NCBI RefSeq assembly: GCF_016433145.1
Contig: NC_058132.1
Location: forward strand, 139,323,714 to 139,387,713
Direction of reading: 5' to 3'
From: Gracilinanus agilis
Lineage: Eukaryota
Length of the DNA: 64,000 bases
How positions within the stretch are numbered: the first letter of the stretch is position 1; each line of letters begins with the position of its first letter. Of this stretch, positions 33,151-46,909 are shown piece by piece. Below the pieces are notes generated by a model. It was not told where the DNA came from, did no database searches, and worked only from the letters and a program-made list of their open reading frames with translations. Both the position numbers and the translations under genes were made by a program.

Positions 33151-36100
33151 ACATTCTTCCAACCCTCAAGAGACTCAGCTACCACATAGCTTCTATTATA
33201 ACGAGGTAGAGGAAGAGATCATAAGATCATGCATCTGGAAATGCAGGGGCCCTTATAGATAAATCTAAATACCCTCATTCTATCAATTAGGAAGGAAGCC
33301 CACAAAGGTCTGTAGTCCTTGTCTGCAGAATCAGAGCATAATCTTCAGAGCATTTAGTATTGGAAACAAATCGGAAACAAACTGGGCTCTCCAAAAGTAC
33401 AAAGCGCAACAGTTTTTAGCAGTTTTTAGAAAGGTCTGTTTTCTTACTTTTTTTTTAAGTTCTCTTTTCAATAGATAGTGCCTTACAAAAATGCTTTCAG
33501 AATTAAACAGAACGGAATGGAATAGAAGAGAATAACCAATATCCTTCCCCTCCGTCTTCAATCCAATTAGATAGATGGGTTCAAAGTGTTAAGGAATTAG
33601 AGTTAAAGACCAATCCCCACATTTTTGTATGAAGAGGAAATTAAGTCAATAGAGTAATTCTGACTTGGAGGGGATTAGGTTGGCTGTTCAGGTTGGATGG
33701 GAGTTCAAAGCCTGTCTTTGATACTTCAGCAAAATGACTTAGTTGCCCTGGGCCTCAGTCTCCTCGTTTGTAAAATAACTGGATTGGACTAGAAGACCTC
33801 CAAGGTCCCTTCTAGCTATAGCTTCTATAATCCTATGTGAGTTTATCTCATATTGATCAGAGAAATGCCCACTTTGGCTTCGTCTTTGGAGTAGCAAAAA
33901 AAAAAAAAAAAATACCAATGTTTCCAGCCATTGCATTTGGTTTTGCACCATTCTCAAAGCTATTCTAGCCCCACCATATACAGAAAGTGCTACAGGTCTA
34001 AAGAAACTATGTTTTGTTATAGTCTTTACTTTAACGTAGGTATATACTACATTTTTCATCTAGATTTCAAACTAATTATTGCACTCACCAAGGCCCTCTT
34101 CTAAAACTTTATTTCCATGCCCAGGTGACTCTGGGTTCTCAAAGGTTGGGTCAAAGGAATATGTAAGCTCTGGGATAGCCTATAAAGATTTTGAATTGGA
34201 GCCTAGACATGAATTGTGTGTTTGTTATCTGAAAATTAACTTAGTTAAATCTAGGGAGGAGGCTTAACAGCTGGTTAACTGCAGGGTAATGAATTTTTCA
34301 GCCATGGCAACACTTTTAAGTAACAGAGGGGTTATGATCCTGTCAGAATAGTAATTACCTATATCCATAAAGTTATAGATCCTTTGAGAAAATGCACTTT
34401 CCTCCCAACCAGGCAGTGTGTGGGGGAAGGGGGAAACTGGAAACAAACATTTCACATACTGTCAGAATCAATTGACATGATGGTTAGTTTTATTTGATTA
34501 TTTTTGTTTTTCTTTTCTGTTTATTCTTTGTTACAAGTTTGGCTTACTGAGTAGGGAAAGGATGAAAGTATTTGGAAATAATGGTGATGTAAGATCATAT
34601 GTCGTTAAAATAATTTTTTTCATTACAAATCCTTGATGCATAAATTTAGAGTTGCATATGTTAGGAGGTTTAGTGTTTATTTGTTTATTTTTTGGAGGAA
34701 ATGTAAGGATTTGGGGTGTATTTGGGGATCTAGACTGTGATTTCACCCATGTATGGAATTCCTAGTGTGGAAATGCCCCCTACCATTGCAAATAGGCAAC
34801 TTGTCTGAAATTAATAGTATTAAAGAGTCACCTGGGGCACTGAATGCTTAAGTGACTTCCTGTGGTCACTGGGCTAATTTGCGTCAGAGACAGAACTTAA
34901 ACCTAGGTCTTTCTGAATACCAAAATAATTCTTTATACACTAAGTGATGATGTCTTTACACAGAAATGCTACTTTGCTTGAAAAAGTTACATTTACAATA
35001 TTCCTTCCATCCCCTACCTGTCTCTATGTGGTAAAATGGGGAGGGTAATGCATATCTGCATTTCTTCTGCAAATCACTTAATCTCTCTGTTATTCAGTTT
35101 CCTCGTCTGTAAAAGGAAGAGCTGGGCTATATGGTATCTTTAATATTTTTATTTCTATGTCCTTCATCTCTCCATAGTAATCACTTAATAAATGCTTCCT
35201 CATTCATTCTTTTATTTGAGAGTAACTATAGTATAGTAGAAAGAGAAATGAGGCTAAAATCCTACACAAGGCCTATTGCAGTGTGTTACACCTTGTAGGA
35301 CCTCTTCTCTATTCCCACTTTGTTTGGATGCAGTAAATTCAGAAACTCTACACTACCCACTCCCTTAACTATTTAAAAATTGAGCTGAAAGTCAATCGTT
35401 ACGTTGTGAAAAAGATATGGTTAAACAGAGTGGGGAGAATAAAGACAGACAATTTTAATCCTCTGTTTTCTTCAATAGAAATATCTGTTTCTGTCCAGCA
35501 ATTCAGAATCCTGAAGGCATCCAAATTCTCTGCTGGCATTTTCACCTCTCTCTACTGCTGCCAACATGAGCAGGTTGTTTCCCACAATCTCTTCACAAAA
35601 GGATTAACCAGAATTTAAGCTAAACCAGTCTGGGGCTTATTTCACTGCTCAGCTCCTTTGATAACCTTTCCCTAGAAGGATTTCATAGCATTCTCCCTTC
35701 ACCTCAGGAGTTTCATCTTCTCCAACAACTGATGAATTTATAATACTTGGATTTCAACTAGTCTTTGTGCTGACAGAACATGGTAGGTGTACTTCTTGGA
35801 GGCTGCCACATGCATATCTTACATTAAAAAAGAAATAAGCCTCTAGGATCTTTTTTAAATAGAGTTGGGCTTTTTCTCTATTAAACATATTTAAATGAAT
35901 TCAAATCTATATAGGTTTGTAGTTTCATGGCCTGAAAAAATTTTAATTGATTTGAAAATAGAAATTATAATAAAATTTGAAAATAACATTTTATGGCTTA
36001 CTGTTCCTATACAGTTTGGCTTTGTAAGGCTTAAGTATTCAAATACTATGAATAAGGCTGCTCATCTTTTTTTTTTAAAGCAATGTAGGTGGTTTGGGCA

Positions 36101-36489
36101 AGAATATATCAAGTAAACAGGAATGATTAGGCTATTCACCATGTTTGAAAACCAAGATTTTCACATTTTAGCAAGATTTACTAAGTTAATTCAATAAGCA
36201 CTACTCTAGACAAGATACTGTAATTCAAAGATAAAAATCATATTCCTTACCTTCAAGAGACTTTGGGATATAATTACACAAATAAGCATTATACAACAAA
36301 GGGTTTGAGGAGAGCAAAGGTCAGATGGTGACAAAATGCTTTTAGGAAATCTGTCCAGATGGGCTCAAAATCAGGAAGACTTGGGTTCAAGCTCACTCCT
36401 ACGGAATGAAGGTCAAGATTAACATTTTGGGCACTTTTTCAATCTTCATTTATCTTGAACTCTCATCCAGAAACCAGGAACCATCTTTC

Positions 36490-39400
36490 AAGAGAATCTT
36501 AGAATCACAGAATCTTAGAGCTAGAAGGTTATTCATAGGCCAGCTGCTCCTACTTTTATCTGAACAAGAATTCCCTTTACAAATTTGAAGGCAAATGACC
36601 ACTTAACCTTTGCTTGAAGACTTTTTTTTTTTTGTGAGGAGTAGCATATCCTCTCTCAAGGCAGCTCATTATATTTTTTTATAGCTCTCATTGTTGGGAA
36701 GATTTCCCTTATATCAAGTCCATATGTACCTTTTTGAATCTCACATTCATTACTCTTAATTCTGTTTTCTTTGATCAAGTGCAGTAAGTTTTTATTCCTA
36801 TCAAGAGCACTACTATCCTTCAATCACCCAGGTCATCCATCACTGTGACTCTTCTTTGCCCCCTATTTTCTGTCAGTTGCCAAATCTTGCTTCAAAGTCC
36901 ATAGCACCTTTTTGCATCCATTTGCTAGCAGGAGTTTCCTACCTGCAAGCCCTATGATCGACTTGCCAAAGGACAATTAGGTAATAAAGATAATAAAAAT
37001 AATCTTAAACACATTTTGGAAATCTCAAATTCAAAGGATACCAGAATGAGCACTTTGCAGAGGTTACCAATAGTCTTGGCACCAAGAGCTTTCACATCCT
37101 GGGAACCATCAAAGAAGAATCTTGAAGGTCTTACCTGAAGGGCTTCCTAAGACTCTACTGGTTGCCATTGTCTTCCCTGTGCTGCTCAAATTATGCCATT
37201 GATGATATTCTCTACAGCCATCCTTTTAAGCTTTGCCATTCCCAGTTTTTTAATGGTCCTTTCCCTGTTGTTGCTTGGTGGTTGCTTCTCACAGTCACTG
37301 TGGTTCTCAGACAAATAGAGCTCCTTCAAAACAACTTGAGCGTTCAGGCAGGAAATTAGCTAGACTTCAGCCTCTGTATCTCTCCCACAAAGAGTCATCC
37401 CTTATTTACCTATATTCCCTCAGTTCTGGTGAGGGGAAAGTCTTAGCTTTTGACCCCTCTTAACAGTGATTTTTTTTCTACTTGGAAGAAAGTGAGGTGC
37501 TTTCCCAAAACATATCATCTCTTTTGGGGGCAGATAGCCCCCCTCTTTAGTTGATTTTGAATTCACTTTTGTGAAGCATTAATTAATGTTATGAAAATTA
37601 AGCACATGGGAATAAAGATCCCCCTAATTCCCCATAGATTCAAAGTAAAGTCAAATCAAGAAGGAAAAAAATTTCTTTTTTTTTTTAATGGCCATGAAGA
37701 AAAGGATAACTGATTGGATTGAAAGCAGTAGAATTTTACAAATTGAGCACAAAAGAAGGGCACCTAAGAAATGAATCTACATTATTTTTTCATTTGTCTG
37801 TAAATGTGAGTTTCTATATATATGTTACATACATTTGTTATGTACATATATATTGAAATATGTATGTATATATACTTATAGTGGCTGTTGCATGGACTCC
37901 CCAAATTGCAAAAAAGGGCTCATGACTTTCAGAATACTCTGATTTTTGCCTCAGATGTTTCTACCTTTTCATCAAATGTTGTCCTAAATGCTATCCCTTG
38001 ACTTTTGTCATGAAAAAAACAATTTCACAATTTTTTGCTTTCTAGTAATGTTTCATCAGAAGACCCTGAGGGAAAATGAATTTTCTCAATTCCAGAAAGG
38101 CCTTTAGAAATAGAAAAATCACAAGTTGAACTTTTAGACCAGCAAAAAAACCTTTTTTGAGTTCATTTCCAATTAATATCTTTATGGTCCATTATTCTAA
38201 CCTTATTTGTTTTCATCTTGTTATTACTAATAATTTGTGATTTAAGTATGTACCTTCTCCACTTTACCATATTTGTATAATTCTTCCAAGTCTCTGGAAT
38301 ACATCACCTCCAGAGCACCAGAATGGTACTTTTTATGATCATTAAATTATGCAAAATACAGTGGGAATATTGCAAACCCGACATGCTCCTGCGTTCACTC
38401 CATAATCTGTAGACCTAAATTGTTAGAAAGGAAAATAAATATTTTTATTGCTACTTGTATGCAAAGGAAGCCTCTTTAAGTTTTTAGAACTTGGTCCCAG
38501 AAATTCAAAGTAATCCCCAAGGGCATTAACTAGAGATTGTCATCTCAAATTTTCTTCCTCTGTTTTTCAGTCACATCTGATGCTTTGTGAGCCAACTTAG
38601 GAGTTTTCTTGGCAAAGATACTAAAGTGGTTTGCCATTTCCTGCTCCAGCTCATTTTACAGATGAGGAAACTGAGGCAAGCAGGATGAAGTAACTTGCCA
38701 AGGGTCACTGAGCTAGCAAATATTCTTTCCACTGACAAACAGCACCATTAAGTAGGTCTCACATCAAATTATCTTGAATTTACATGTATCTTTATTTTTA
38801 CATTGCAGTGGAGTATAAGCTTCTTAATGCAAAGATTGTTTTTTGCATTTTTGTTTTTATATCTCCAGAGGCTAGAGCAATGCCTGGGACACAGGAGGAG
38901 CTTAATACAGGTTTGTTGAACTGAACTGAATTGAACATAACAGTCTAGAAGGAATCACAGTAGAAGAGAGAGCAGTGGCACAATCACTTCCTTCCTGCCA
39001 GATAATCTACATTTATTAAAATGTTGCCCAAGGAAATACCAGGTTTTTTGGCTGCCTCTGCACACTATAGATTCATTTTGAGTTTTCAGTCTGCAAAAAT
39101 TTCTAACTCCCTTAAATTCTTTCACCTATCCAGGCTGGATCCTTTTTCAATCCCAAATATAATTTCACATTAATCTGTATTAAATTTTACCTCATTGACT
39201 TTGGCCTATTATTCTTGTGTCTTGAGAGCTTTTTGAATCCTGACTCTATCCTCCAAACTTTTATCTATCTAGGCCTCTCAGCTCATTTCATTTGAAAATA
39301 TGACAGACATCACCCAAGTCACTGATAAAAATGTTGAAAAGAAAGCAAATGGAACAGGATAGAATAAATAGAGCCCTCCACCAGCTTGGACCTAAGTGGA

Positions 39401-40850
39401 GTTAATACAAAAGAACTTGGCCTCACAGATTCCTGTTGGAAGAGGATCCCTTGAAGATAATTTGGTGCAGTTAGACTTGGAGATCCAAACAGTGACTAGA
39501 GTTGTTTAACAATCGCATTTCCCAATTCTTTCCCTTGAATTCAATTCAGCAAGCAGTTAGTATTTATTACATACTTAGCTTCTGTGTTAAAAAATAAAAA
39601 GAGTCCCTGAGACCTGGGCTTGGTGATTTTAATTCATCAAGGACTCTCAGAATTTCTCAACTTGCTTGGGGTTATTACTTCCCTAATAACCATTTTTGTT
39701 CTCTGACCTTTTCAATCCAAACAGAAAAAAGAGCAAAGCATGTGTTGAGTAGTTCTCTTTCAGCTTTCTTCATTGCATCTACACTGAATAATCCCCTATT
39801 CCTTTTGTCATATAGCTTTTAAAAACCTTTTTGGTATCCTCAGAATTATTTGCTAGTGATAGCTCATTCTGAGCATTTGCATTCTTTAGCACTATTATTA
39901 TGACAAAATGAAAGGGTTTTTCCTCCATTAATTGGAATCACTTCCATATTTAATATGTCTTTTAGAAATCTAAGTTGGTTGATGAGTTAATTCTTTCTGC
40001 AGCCACACTGAACCCTTTAACTTTTCTTCCATGTCAGAATTTTTCTACTTTGGGTCATCAGAATCTCATTCTTCTGATCCCTCCTGGACTGATTTTTTTT
40101 CCCTGCAGTATTTTAATCCATGGGATCCTATTCCAATCTTTCCCTGAATCCTCTGAAATCTGCATTCCCCAAATCTAGAGTGCATGCCAGGCTATGCCCA
40201 GATTTTTTTCTCTCTATCAGAAATTCAAAGGTGGAGCAATGATTTTCCAAATACTCCAACCATTTCTACTTCAGCAACCAATTACTCTTTGTTGGTGGGA
40301 ATTAGGTCCAGAATATAATTTCCCCTTGTCATTTCCCCCACCTTTTGAAGCCCAGCCAAAGTTATATTACCTGCTCTGCTTTTTGGCAGAGTGACAGCTG
40401 CAACAGATGTCTAGATAATTGAACTTCCCCACGTGATCTGTTTCTTCATTTATTTTCTCTTATTTTGGTGTTCTGTAGAAGATTTTGATGACAATATCAC
40501 TTATTTTTATGCTTCAACTGGCTATTACCCAATTGCTTTCCACTATACTTTCCCCCTTTGGTTTCTGGATTGCTGAACATATCTTCTGAAGCACAGTGCT
40601 GTCCCTCTCCATCCTTCTACTCCCACTAGTTAAATCCTTTTGCGTATTCCTTTCCTTTTAAATAAGATATACTTTTTTAGAGCCAAATCCCATCCCACTA
40701 AACCTAAAATATATCTCAGGTCAATTCTTGCACTAGGATGTCTAGTTACTTTGCATGTTAACCAGAATCTATGCCTTCTACTTCTAAAGCCATCTATTGC
40801 TTTCTTCCTTGCATTTGGTCTTCTGTGAATTTCCAGGAATCTCTACTACT
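36490..40850 (-). mobile_element. Fragmented L3/CR1 element
   Basis: CR1-type 3' end (agaatcacagaatc) at ~36490; RT-region text at ~38950-39350 (caagtcactgataaaaatgttg); endonuclease motif resembling GDFNYPDICW at ~40400-40430 on the minus strand. Interrupted by other repeats. Confidence 0.7.
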
Positions 40851-41447
40851 CTTCTTCCAAAAGTATTATTACTCTTTATAGTTTGGTAGGTTCATAACTA
40901 GTTAACCAGATCCCAAGAGCAGTGATTATTATCAATTTGTAGGAAAGTATTTGGAAGTGTGCCAAAGGGATATCCTTCAGGAATAAATTGTTAAAGAAAT
41001 TGGTATGCATATAGAGAGCTGTATTCTGTCATTTTGAACTCAAGAAATTAAGGATATGCCCCTCCAAATTCCCAATTTCTTGTACTCATCTATTATGGAT
41101 TGATCATCCACAAATTTACTTAAATGTTTCAAACTTATTCATCAAGCAACCAACAATTACTTTAAATTAAAGAACCTACTATATGCCAGGCATATCTATA
41201 TACATATGTATGCACATATATATGTATATTTATATATGTATGATGGTATGTATATATGTAAGTGTGCATGGTTAACTTTACAACTAACACAAACTTAGGT
41301 AGTGTTGTATAGAACATAATTACCTTTTTGTTTGCCATAGGCAATATCCTTAGAGTACAAGTAACTGGGACGATTCCCCCCAACCCAAGCTCTTGGGAAC
41401 TATTAGAACTATTGTTAGCTTCTGAGAAAGCACCTGACAGACTCACA

Positions 41448-41450
<3 letters not shown>

Positions 41451-41496
<46 letters not shown>
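41451..41496. repeat. (CA)n microsatellite
   Basis: Seen directly. Confidence 0.98.
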
Positions 41497-41498
<2 letters not shown>

Positions 41499-41980
41499 CT
41501 TTTGACTTGGGGCAATAAGAAGAAGATAGTAGGAAAGGTAGGCAGAAACTCAGGCAATGGGTGCCAAAAAAGAACTGAGGCATGTGTACTTGTATAGGTC
41601 TACATGTAGATGGTTCATAAACATCAAGACAAATGGTAAAACTGATAATTACCCAGATTGGGGGAGGGGGGTTCAGTATATGCAGGATTAGAGTCTGTGC
41701 CAGCAGGATTACAACCATATCAAGGCTTGTTATTCTCAGAGTTTTGCAACATTCTCCCATGTAATCCCCTCAGGATGCCATTTTGGGGGCATCATCCTTC
41801 AAGTCTACTTCTGATAGTCATTCCAATATAATTTCATTCTATGTAAAGGGGAAAGAAACATTGTGTGAACCAACAGAGGCCTCACAACCCCTAGCAGTGG
41901 CCATAGGTTCTGGTGATTAAAAAAAAAACAACCAAAATCTATTATAACTATTACCTTTTAACGTCTGTGTCTAAAAGTCT

Positions 41981-42048
41981 GAGAGAGATAGAGACAGAGA
42001 CAGAGAAAGAGACAGAGACAGACAGAGACACAGAGAGACAGAGACAGA
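41981..42048. repeat. Imperfect (GAGACA)n repeat
   Basis: Seen directly. Confidence 0.9.
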
Positions 42049-43033
42049 ACCTGTTAGATCATATAGATTTAGATCATAGTTTTTCCCTAACTTTTTTGTC
42101 TAGACTAGAGTATTTATCTTTTTATCATTTTTCATTATTTGGAAGTTGCTTCAATCCCTTGCTTATTTTGTTTCTCTTCCCTGGATCTTATCTACATTTC
42201 TAGGTTTTTGTTAAGATTGTTGACCATAAATGAACCTGGTTTTCTAAGTGTGAATACATTATTATTTTATATAAGTATAAGAGTATACATACTTTCTGTT
42301 TCATATCTAATACTCTTCCTGACAGAGTCCAGCTTGTTTTCTTTAAGCTAATTATCTCAACTCTTTTTTCCCCCCCAGAGAATCCATTTTTCACCTCTTT
42401 AATCATTTTAGTCCTTTTCTTTGGACTCTCTCCAATTATTCCATATCTCTTTAAAATGTGGAGAACAAAGCTGGACACAACACTCCGACTGTCACTAATG
42501 AGGCTTTCAAATGTCTAGGATAGTGAAATTCATCCATCATGAGTAGAAGAATGGTGTAGTGAAAAGTATACTGGTCCTAAGAGTCAGAGAACCAGGTTCT
42601 CAGCCAAAGTTCACTGCCTAGGTTATCAGATTCACTACCTAGCTGTATGACCATGGGCAAGTTAATTCATTTCTCTTCTTCACCTATTAAATTAAGGGGC
42701 TGGGCAGCATTCCAAGGTCCCTTAAATCCACTCTAGTTCTATTCTAGTTTTGTAATTCTAAGTGGGGAAGGCAGACTAGGTGAGGGTAGAGAAGAGATTT
42801 ATATGAAGGTAGGAATAAACTACATACATTTGGGGGTTTATAAGTAGACCAGACTGACTGGAGTATAGTTTGTGATGGTAAAAAATGAGAAAGAAAGTTA
42901 ATAAAAGTAGGTTGGGGCCAAATTGTAAAGGTCCTTAAATGCCACAAGATTTCTCAAGCTTGATATTATATGGAATATAATAAAATAAATCATTGAAATC
43001 CAGCTAGATTAGAGTCAGTCAAAAAATATTTGT

Positions 43034-43695
43034 TAAGTGGTGACTTTCTGTTTGCATGAATATGAATTGATTTTCTGCAGTGTATGCTAATTTTGGCCTG
43101 AAAATCAACACAAGAAAACAGAGGTTCTCCACCAGCCAGCACCACACCATCCATAAGTGGAACCACTGGTCACAGCAAATGGAGAACTTTTGAATGCTGT
43201 GGATAAATATCACTTATAAATTCACAGTACACTTTTAGGGATGTCCACATAGGTGATGAAGTTGATGCACATATTGCCAGAGCTAACTCAGCATTTGGGA
43301 GGCTCTGAAAGAAAATACAGAAGAGAAGAAGCATCAGGCTGCCTTTGGAATTGAAGGTCTTTAGATAAGTCATGCTGACTACAATGTTGTATGCCAATGA
43401 AACCTGGAGTCCATTGGCACCGTGCCAGAAAACTGAACCTCTTCTACTTGAATTGTCTCAAGAAAAACCTGAGGATTGCCCAGCAAGAAAAAGTAATGTT
43501 CACATTGGTGGTCAGAAAAAGCAGCATAAGGATACTCTCAAGGTATCTCTGAAGAATTTTAGTATTGACTGTGAGACATGGGAAATGCTGGCACAACACT
43601 GTCCAGCATAGTGTTCCTGAATCAAAGAAGGTGCTCTACTCTCTGAGCAAAGAAGAATTTTAGAAGCACAAAGCAAGTGTGACCTGTGCAAATCC
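43034..43695 (+). mobile_element. RTE 3' fragment with internal deletion
   Basis: Homologous to 20900-21720 (HIARANSAFGRL, TMLYANETW, GGQKKQHKDTLKVSLKNF). Followed by a minus-strand L1 tip at ~43705-43830. Confidence 0.85.
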
Positions 43696-44554
43696 TGAGC
43701 CACTTCTACTCTAATTTTTAAAATATTTATTTTAAAATATTTTCCCATGGTTACATGATTCATGTTCTCTCCCTCCCCTCCCAAAGCTGACAAGCAACTC
43801 CACTGGGTTATACATGTATGATCACTTAATACCTATCTAAATGTTTTAATGGACCATTTTTTGCTGGTCTGATCAGCCTTCCTACCCTAACTCCAACGCT
43901 GATGTCACTGATCTTATAAAACAAATATCCACTATGCACCAGGCACTCTATTATTCTCATCCTTTAAATGAATTTAGTTCAGTATCCTGGCTCTTTATCT
44001 GGGGGCAAATAAATTTACTTTTCTAGACCTCAGTAACTTCATCTGTAAAATGAAAAAGCTGGATTGGATGATCCCTAAAGTCATTTGAGACTCCAAAATT
44101 CCATGATATAATGACTAAAATATGTAAAAGATTACTTTTAGTACTAAAATTACATAATATCATAATCCTATGACTAAATAATTTTGAAAGTCTCTTCTGA
44201 CTCTAAAAATTATATAGTCTTCATCAATTTAGAATCCTAGCAGATATTTAAATTAATGATTTTCTCCATTCATCTTCCTAACTTAAAAGATGGGGATTTT
44301 TAAAAAATCTTTTCCACTCCAGTATGCTTGCATCCATCACATAACTTTTCATTACTTTTTTAGGAGGTTTATTTGTAATTTAGATTGTTTCTAGATCATG
44401 GCATATTATGATTTATAATAGTTCTAGGAGAAGTATTATATATACTTTTTTAATAGAAATAAGTAACTTAGGGTTGTTAAAAAACACTGTACATTTTTCC
44501 AGCAATAACTTAGCTTAGTCTCTTCCTACTATTCCACTAGAGAAGGACTAAAAA

Positions 44555-44748
44555 CAGGTATCCTTAACTGCGATCTATGAAATATATATATATTAATTTT
44601 GATAATTTTATTTCAATATACTTATATTTCTTTATAATCTTGTGAAATTTTATTCCATGCATTTAAAATATTATTCTCCCAAAGGTATATATGCTTCACC
44701 AGCCTGCCTAAGGGGTTAATGAATCCCAAAAGGGTTAAAAACACTGGG
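44555..44748. mobile_element. Ancient non-autonomous hAT-Charlie element (Charlie4z-like)
   Basis: Degenerate TIRs (caggtatccttaac ... ggttaaaaacactg). Same family as copies near 29005-29135 and 57375-57706. Confidence 0.55.
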
Positions 44749-46065
44749 AAAACAGTTCTTGGGTGGTAATGACTTTCTCACAATGCCTCATGTTTGATTC
44801 AGACTGAAATTTTGAACACTTTTTTCTCTAGAAATAATCAGAACTCTTAAAAGGTGAGGCAAAATGTTTGCTAGAACTATTATTACTGAATTAAATTCTC
44901 CCATTGTGAGTTGTATTGATTTGAAAGGGAAATTATCTGAAGTATTTGATGCTACAACCAGCTTTTGTTTACTAGGCTAAGCATAAATATGGGCTATGGC
45001 AGGAATCTTGACCTGATTACTACATATTTACATAATCTAACCTCAACTGGGCACTCATGGAAATCCTTTTATTTATCTCTTGTTGACCAGCTATCACTCA
45101 TTTCCTCCCCCAGTGACTGTTCTAAAGTCACTTTGAGCTGTTCTTCTTTCCTCAAACCCTCAAACTCTATCCCCAAGCCCTTCTGTCTCAGCAGATTGAC
45201 CTCCCAGATTATCTGAGAAGATTGAGAACATTGTACATGAACTCCCCCATCTCTCCTCTTCATCTCAAAACAACTCAGTCTTCTCCTATCCTGCCTCCCC
45301 CAATCCCATTCAGAGAATGATGTTGTCCTCCCCATTGCTAAGACTACCTCTCCTTGATTCCATCTCCTCCTTTAGGACATCAAAAAAAAACGAAACAAAA
45401 CACAAACCTATTCTAATTTTCTACACTCCCCATACACACATTGATTTTATTGACTTCCTTTAAGTTTGTTTAATGAATAGGGAACCAAACCCGTTATAAT
45501 ACAATACTTTACATACAGTGGGTGCTTATTAAATATTGAATTGAATGATTCAATAATAACAATATTTGACCCTGAATTTATTTCAGCTCCTTAATGTAAT
45601 CTGGTAATCTTGTCACAAAACCAATCCTGAGTTTTTATGCTATTAATGTTAGCAATCATGAATTTCCAAATGGAAGCTAGAAGAGAGAATTTTTTTATGG
45701 TTAACAAGAAAAATGTATTTGGATTTGCTAACTACAAGCAGACAACAAACTATCCATTTATATATTGGCAATAAGTAAGTAAATTTCAGTAGTTCTTACA
45801 TATAGTCGAATGTTTAATTTGATTTTTCCCATAGATACTATATGTGAGAAAGCTATCCGATTTAATTTAGATGAGGATTGGTATGTACTATAACTTTTTC
45901 TCGTTCAAGTCCACAAGAAGGCAGCATAAACAAGTGAAAAATTAACTGGATTTGTTACCAGAGGACCTGGGTTCCAATCCCAGCTCTTGCCACTAATTAC
46001 CTGTGCAACCTTGGGAGAATCAACTGTTCTTTCCCAGCTTTGGTTTCCTCATTTGTTAAAGGAGA

Positions 46066-46725
46066 TGTCAACTTAGAAAAACACAGAACTACTAAAGTAG
46101 TGAGCAAAACCAAATCTTTAATTAGGAAAGATATAGGTCCTATAATAAGAGCCAAGAACTAAATACCACACAGAGTCGAACCCTGGGGGCTCTGGGAACA
46201 GTGTCTCTGAGAGGATCATCATGCTAGAAGCTAGATGATTCTCCAAAGAATAACAGAACATCGGGATCTTATATACCTTTTGGGGAATTAAACATATCAA
46301 ACGTATACTGACAGGTTGTAAAAAGACTTGGGAAAGAGGCTGTAGCCAGAGGCTGGGGTATCAGAAAGTGGTCTACTACAGTGGATACAAAAAAGATGGT
46401 TCCTGCACAGGTGTTGGTCTTCTTGGGAATGGATCTCTGACACAATGGGGGAAACTTCTTAGACTAAAAGGATGATTGAGCATTTGAGCATTTCTATTAC
46501 TCCTATTCGGGATACTTAATGGACTCTTGGAGATCCCTTGTTCAGTCTAAGACAAAGTCACTTTGGGACTTCCCTGAAAGGCAAGTTCTCAAGGGAAATG
46601 GGCAAACTTGAGGCTTCCAGAATTCATGTTGACAGAGTGAGTTAGACTACATGACTAAGTTGTATCTCAGATCATTCAAGTATGAGAAAGGTGCTAGTAA
46701 TACTTTATAAATGAAACCACTAACA
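46066..46725 (-). mobile_element. Probable solo ERV LTR, antisense to FLT1
   Basis: The minus strand reads TGTTAGTGG...TATATAAG (~46270)...AATTAAA (~46120)...GTTGACA, i.e. TG...CA ends with TATA before a poly(A) signal. No clear TSD. Confidence 0.6.
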
Positions 46726-46848
46726 GAATTTTATAGTAGCTATTACCATTTTAAGTTCATATGAGAATATTGTCATTTACCCAAGTGACTTGAGATTGAT
46801 AAATTGTACTGTTTGTAATTTAAAAACTGCATTTGGTGTAATGGTGGG

Positions 46849-46852
46849 GTGT

Positions 46853-46905
<53 letters not shown>
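46849..46905. repeat. (GT)n microsatellite
   Basis: Seen directly. Confidence 0.98.
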
Positions 46906-46909
<4 letters not shown>

